From contig NC_068987.1 of NCBI RefSeq assembly GCF_001194135.2, positions 62,459,529-62,506,725 of the forward strand: a stretch of DNA of 47,197 nucleotides. The letters run 5' to 3'. Source of the DNA: Octopus bimaculoides (lineage: Eukaryota). The position numbers and the translations under genes were made by a program. Positions 40,877-47,197 of this stretch are shown here, in pieces. The notes under the pieces were generated by a model. The model was not told the origin of the DNA and searched no databases. It was given only the letters and a program-made list of their open reading frames with translations. Every line of letters begins with the position of its first letter. Positions within the stretch are counted from its first letter, which is position 1.

Positions 40877-41125
40877 TGTTCCCGCATACTGAGGTTAATA
40901 TTTCATACTGCCAAAATTAGGAAAAGAAGTACCAGTCATGTACTGCAGTTAATACATATTTACAGACGACCTAACTGGATTTGAATAGAATTGTTAGATT
41001 TCATCTAAATCTCACAGAAATGTTGAATTTCATCTTTATCTCACTTTCACAACTCTTTAGCTTTTCCCATTACCCGTGGCTAAACCACGAAGAGAACAGA
41101 ATTTGTTCAAAGAAAACCTATACAT

Positions 41126-41486
41126 AGATGCAAGCATGGCTGTGCAGTTGAGAAGCCCGCTTTGCAGCACGTTTCCAGTTCCATCCCACTGCATGACATC
41201 TTGGGCAAGTGAGTTCTAGTATAGCCCCGGATTGACCAATGTGTGGAAATTCGCCGTGTATGTGCGTGTATGGTGAAGAGGGTGTTTATGTTTCTGTGTT
41301 TGTCCCACTTGACAACCGGTGCTTGTTTGTTCGCAGCCCTGTAACTTAACGGTTCGGTAAAAGAGTCTGACAGAATACGTACCAGAATTTAAAAGTCTTG
41401 GAATCTATCTGTTCGACTAATACTCTTCAAAGTGATGCCCTAATATGACCGCAGTTCAATGAGTGAAACAGGTAAAAGATAAAAGA
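41126..41486 (+). mobile_element. Diverged full-length SINE (family of 30805-31278)
   Basis: gcatggctgtg...atcccactgc..cttgggcaagt..tatagcc...ttgacaaccggtg...gaaacaggtaaaaga. Confidence 0.8.
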
Positions 41487-41940
41487 GAAGATGGTGTTTT
41501 TACATGGGGATTTTAGGGGAAAATGTTACATTACTTAACATTTTAGACGAGCTATGCGTATATATTTATGTAATAACTATAGGCAGGTGACATCTCAAAA
41601 TTCAATGAAAAGAAACTAAAGAGATTTCCATTCCTGGTTGCTCCACATTTAAAACGAGGTAAACTCTCAGAATACTTCAAGAAATAACAGTCAAGTCTCC
41701 ATTAGATTACACCTTAACGTTTTAAAAATAGAATGACTCAAATAAATTTGTAGTACTAGATACACTAACTCTGGAAAAGATAGAAATGCTTCCATCAAAA
41801 ACAGGCTCAGCAACTATATCGAATATTTTGTTATTTTATTGCTATATAGTCTGTACGATTAAGTACATTAGAACTAAGATTAAAATTGCGGTAATGCAGT
41901 TTAACATTCACACAAATCGTATTGCATCGACATATATCAT

Positions 41941-42137
41941 TAATCGTTAGCACGCAGGGTGAAATGCTTAGAGGCATTTATTCCGTTTTAACGTTCTGAG
42001 TTCAAATTCCACCGAGGTTGTCTTTGCCTTTCATTCTTTCGGGGTCGATGAAATAAGTACCAGTTACGTATTAAGGTCGACATAATCAACTCATTCTCTC
42101 CCGCCAAATTTCAGGCTTTGTGCCTTTAGTAGAAAGG

Positions 42138-42208
<71 letters not shown>

Positions 42209-42235
42209 CATTATTATTATTATTAATATTAATAT
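41941..42235 (+). mobile_element. tRNA-derived SINE ending in (TTA)n
   Basis: tcgttagcacgcagggtgaaatgcttag, ttctgagttcaaattcc, ggggtcgatgaaataagtaccagtt; (TTA)n at 42140-42235. Confidence 0.88.
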
Positions 42236-42239
42236 TATC

Positions 42240-42740
42240 TCTTTATCATTGGTTTTGTTGGAGCTCCTGGAGTCTCGCATGCGTAGCGAGCTTACTACCT
42301 GCAGCCTACAGTACCATGCTATTCATTCTTTTCAGCTATCTAATTACTTTCCTGATTATTCTGGCCGTGCCAAGTTGGCAAACCTTTTGTAACAGTTCTA
42401 CTGGGTACTTTATTCCAATTTCCTTTATATTCCTCTTGATGCCTTCTGATACTATTCGAAAGGACCCAACAATAATTGGCACTATCTTTACCTTCTTCAT
42501 TTTCCATAGCCGGGCTCTTTCGTACTTAAGAGGGTTGTATCTCTCAAAATGTTCGCCTTCCTTCTTGACTATTCGTGGGTCAAAGGGGCATGCAATGTCA
42601 ACTATATAGTATATGTGGTGCACCTCGTCCACGTCTACTAGGTCTGGTCTGTTATGCTCTAGTACCTGATCTGTTTGGATTAGGAAATCCCAGAGGATTT
42701 TACTAGTCTCAGACTCTTCCACCTCTGCGGTTTGTGCTCA
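42240..42740 (-). mobile_element. 5'-truncated R4/Dong LINE: restriction-like endonuclease domain and 3' UTR
   Basis: EHKP..KILWDFLIQTDQVLEHNRPDLV..IVDIACPFD..RYNPLK..LW..VPIIVG..LGTARIIRKV is a PD-(D/E)xK RLE; its 3' end abuts the (TAA)n array. Confidence 0.93.
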
Positions 42741-43760
42741 TCTTCGCATTGAGCAACAGACAGACTTTAGCTACGGCATATTCAAAGGGTATTTACAAGT
42801 TTTGCTTATCCCACAGTTATTGAGCTATGCGGGCAAGATTATCAGCATAGTTAAGGTCGAAGCGATATAGGCTCTGCTGACATCTTGATTACATTTGCTT
42901 TATAATGATGTTCTTATCTTGGACGGTGTCATGGCTTTGCCTAAGGATTTAGTCCACGACAATTACAAATGGAAATGAAGATAGGATATTTCCATGAAGG
43001 ATGGCTGTTGTTAGAATATCGTTAACTGGGCTATCTTTGCTTTGCATAAGTCTGTATTTGCCAATCTCATACAAGATACCGTTGTCTGTAAAATTTGTAA
43101 AATGACTCCTGTTGACACTATCGAATGCTTTGTGGAAATTTACCAATACAATAAATGTTTATTGTATCTATGAAGTTCTGTGAACAGAGATCAGCAGCTG
43201 TGTTGACCTGCCTTTCTATAAGCCTTTTTGGTTCCATTATAATATGAGATCAATATGAGATATTTTAGAGTATATGAAAGTGTAATTTCTCAGTAGTTCT
43301 GCAACAGTACCTTACTTCAGAAATTGAATAACTAAAGGCTTTGAGAAGACTGTTGGGCTATTTCCATTATAGATCTCTTCAAAGAAGTTTTACAGACGTT
43401 TGTGGAAGGATGACTCTTCTTTGTGATGGATGCGATGTTATTTGGAGTTGGGGGTTTCTCAGTTTCTTAAGATTCTTTGTCATACTTCCAGTTCCGTGAT
43501 GAAACGGGTCTCACTAGATCGACAGACAATCTGCTATTTTGAGATCGAAGATAGGATCTTGGTTAAGTTTGGTTTTGCATAGCTTTTCATCGAATTCCCT
43601 CACAATATAAATAAGTAAGGGAGCTTGTTGCTATAAAGTTCACTCGGAGCTACCAAGTCAGTTGTATGCTAGTTTTCTTTGTAGAGAGTTCATCGAGTTT
43701 AACAGTTGCAGACTTGCGTTCATCTCGTGCCTCATTGTACCTCTTATCAACTACAACACT
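42741..43760 (-). mobile_element. Decayed RTE-like LINE RT (domains ~1-6)
   Basis: Traces KGRST, VNFHKAFDSVNR, TAILHGNILSSFPFVIVVD*ILR, DLNYADNLA (YADD site) and AKVCLLLNAK. May extend to ~44100. Confidence 0.75.
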
Positions 43761-45699
43761 AGCTGAATTGAAGTTCTTTTAAATACACTAGTTTCTGTGC
43801 AGCTTTCTTCAGATTGTTTCTAGCCTTTGTTACCTTATCATTTGAGGGAAAGGTTTGTGTCTTTTTTTCACTTCCATAGGATAAATTTCAGTGTTATGTG
43901 TTTGTTGTCAATGATTAGCGTATTATATACTGTACTGCCTGTCATAAGTTTGCATATAGAGTGATTAAGGTGTTATGTACAGAAATTGTAAAAGCTCTTT
44001 GTATAGGTTAACATCATCGTCGACTTTTCCTTGGTCGATTTGTTTTATAGAATCTTTTGCTGGTAACTAGTTGCTGTGGTAACTTACCTGGCATTTGCGT
44101 GAAAAGATCTGAGGTCAGATTTAATACATTCAACTGGACTGTGTAGAAACAAGCGGATGAACACCATTAATGATTCACGTGTAGCTACAAGACACACTCG
44201 CACGCAGACGACCACACGCACGTGAACGCACATGCTCACAGACACAGATACACACACGCACACACAGTGTGTGTGTATAGATAGATTGTTATGAGTGCAT
44301 ATGTGTGTGCGCGCATGGGTGTAAATACAAAAAAGAGCTTTTTTTTTCAGCTACGTTATATTAAAATAATGACCATATTCAAGTTTGATCATTCTTTTAT
44401 TAAATATTTTTCATATTGTGAAGGCCTCATGATTTAGAAATATTTAATCGAAAATTCTAAAATTCAGAGTAAAGATTTTAATAAATATAAGATTGTTAAG
44501 CTTCTTAACAATGGCATTAGTGGTTTCCAACCTTTCAATTGTCTACACCCTTAGGAAATGCTTGGTTCTTTTCTTGTTCACTCCCCTGCAAAGTTAATAT
44601 CACATATGAATGTGAGAAATTCAATTTTCTAACAATTATTTTATATTTTATACTTTCTTAACCCCATTCAATACTGAAGGTGAATGAATTGAACTGAAAA
44701 AAATAAGCTTTTGACTCAGAGAATAAATACAAGTGAAAACTGAGCGATTAAAAAAGTGTAAATAGTGAAATTAATCCCAATTATGAACATTCAATGATTT
44801 CTTTGTTCCATCTTGTCATTCATAACTTAATGAAAACAGGTTTCTTGCTGATTGTGATCCGCAGTTCTGCCCATGGAGTAAAGTGATTCCTAGATTTTGT
44901 CTTTATTGATAAAAGAGGACTGAATCTAAGCCAAAACAAACATACGGAAATGGGGTCGCAGTTCTTGGTTATAATCACTTAAATCTATATATGTAGAATA
45001 ATGAAATTTTTGGTGTACTTAATAGATTTAATTTGTTTTTAAAAGTTGATTACTAATTTTATTTTGAAAAATAATTTTAATAAAACATATACGTTCCCTC
45101 CTTGTCGTACACTTGAAATTATATCTCGCATCTGGAAAGGATGCATGCAGCCTGGATCTTGCGTCATGTATCCTTGCGTAAGCAATAATCTAAAGGTTAG
45201 TCCACATGACAAATCAACATTTCCCTTTGTGTCACCGTGGCTCACTGCGTCCGTAGACAATACACAGAAATGTCCTCGCCTCAACTCCTTTGGTTGTATA
45301 TAAGTACCACGCGAAAGTAAAAACATTTTGCTAGAATCAGCGGAAGCGCTATATAATGGAAGTGTAATTCGTTAGCCATCAATGTTCTATTGAATTCTTA
45401 TTGACAGCAAAACATGAGACATGAGGCCTAAACTATTTGTGCAATTTCTTCATAAATACAATATACAAGGAGAAAGTCTATCGTGATGTTCGAACGTAAG
45501 TTAGAAATACCCATCCTTATTTATATGCTTATAAATGTGTGTGTGTGTGTATGTGTGTGTATATATGTTTGTATGTATGCATATACACGCACACACATAC
45601 ACGTTATGTATATATATATACGTGTGCGTGTATATACATATATGTATATATAAACGCACACATTATTTGTATATATATATAAAGCATCCCCCCAAAAGC

Positions 45700-46380
45700 A
45701 TCCCCTAATGGCGATATGCCAATCTTGTCTTTTCCGAAAAGAAAATGATTACGCTACTCATATCAAGAAAGCATCATCACGCTATACACTTCCTGAGGAG
45801 AAGCACTCAGCTAGCCTTCAAAATCGCTCCAAATGTTGGGTCTCATTAATAGCTAAGACCTTGGAAGGCGAAAGCACATCATTAAAATACCTAGGTTCGC
45901 ATCCAAGCTGCTGACACCTCTTCAAAACCAGAAGATACTTCATCCCTCAACAACGATTGACATTCTACAAAGCCTAGGTAAGATTCAAACTTAGATTCCG
46001 AAGGCGCTACTGATGCCTATAGACATCCTGTACTGCAAACTGGAAATGGTCGACATACAATCACTCACAGACATTCTCCGTCTTCTGACTCAAACATGTG
46101 CTATTTTCTCTCTGTCTTTTTCTACCACTACTGAAATGACATCTGCTTCTTCAGTCTGGTTGGTCTCATGCCATCTCAACTCATATATTCCGCTCCTAGT
46201 AATCTCTCCTTTTTCCATCACTTTTCTCATGTTCAGTGCCATCCAATTCTCCATACTAATCACTACGCCCAATCCTTCTTTCTCAGAATTTCCTGTGGAA
46301 TACCTTCTCTATTCATGTGTTACAAAGGTTCAAGAGGATCATTAAAAGCATTAATCTCAGTGTATTGCCTTTCCCTCCAG
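45700..46380 (+). mobile_element. Decayed LINE RT C-terminal region and 3' end (CR1/Jockey group)
   Basis: Traces LKYLG, LFKTRRYFIPQQRLTFYKA*VR, HYAQSFFLR, LWNT and QRFKRIIKSINL. Confidence 0.75.
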
Positions 46381-46619
46381 ACTAAACAAGTAAAAACCAC
46401 ATGTGGTCTGTATAATTCAATACGCATAGTGCCTGATGTACTTGTCGCCTTTTATTTGTGTGGATATTGGACTATAACTTGATCTGCTTGTTCGACTAAC
46501 CATTAGATTTTTTATTTATTTTGTGACTTGGTGTTTGTTTTATATTACAGATTTCTGATATTTTGTGTAGAAAAATCTAAACGCTTTTCTAAAACGATAC
46601 TTATCATTGACATTTTGTT

Positions 46620-46890
46620 TCTTGTGTAGACATTCGCTGCTTCCATGTAATTATATCAGTATATTTGTAAATAGACGTGATGCACTTGTTTTGGTATAAA
46701 TGAATTATTATGTCGAGAAATGAACTCCTTGTATTTCCAGGAGTCTTATTTGTAATGTGAGAAATTTTATTTGTACCGTTCTAGATACCATATGATATAC
46801 GTGTACTCGTTTTGTATAACTTATAAATGTCTACCAAGTTAAGTGTCAACAGATCCCGTCTTCCATTTAAACAACGGCTACATAGATCAT
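46620..46890 (-). mobile_element. Possible PLE RT fragment
   Basis: One frame with a single stop gives NITDDL...SSFLDIIIHLYQNKCITSIYKYTD, resembling the YxDD, FLD and TxxYxKxTD motifs; spacing is longer than usual. Confidence 0.4.
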
Positions 46891-47140
46891 CAGTAATATT
46901 TCTATACTAAACCATACTAAACCAGCAGTATGATATACAAACACAATATGTAGAGCATACATAAAAATTTCAGTTCAATTTTTTGCTATCCTTCATAAAT
47001 CGGCAGCAAAAGTCTCAGAGTAATGAAGTGTGGGTATTTCAAGCAGCCCACTGAGTTATATCACTGGTTTCAGTATTTCACTAAACTTACTCCTTAGTAT
47101 TATTTGTATACATACATAAATCTATATGTGTATACGTATG

Positions 47141-47197
<57 letters not shown>

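Overview
AT-rich, microsatellite- and transposon-saturated animal scaffold with about 15 N-gaps, nearly all flanked by (TA)n or (CA)n. The SINE families and repeat landscape look like an octopus genome (recognised from memory, not database-confirmed). No host protein-coding gene can be supported; every recognisable coding trace is a decayed transposable element. These include at least five Penelope-like element (PLE) fragments in the first 9 kb, R4/Dong, RTE and CR1/Jockey-group LINE pieces, a full-length POGK-like pogo element with TIRs and TA duplication, Tigger, Tc1/mariner and hAT (Charlie/Buster) relics, and many tRNA-derived SINEs. The most striking structure appears twice (2681-5010 and 11159-11661). 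In each case an inverted repeat has a type I hammerhead-ribozyme motif in each arm, both pointing outward, and the two cases use unrelated hammerhead sequences. The first pair brackets a PLE whose RT and GIY-YIG halves are inverted relative to each other. Other items worth checking are a perfect 130-bp (AAT)n/(ATT)n palindrome, an inverted SINE pair, an RTE-Dong fusion junction and one weak exon candidate.
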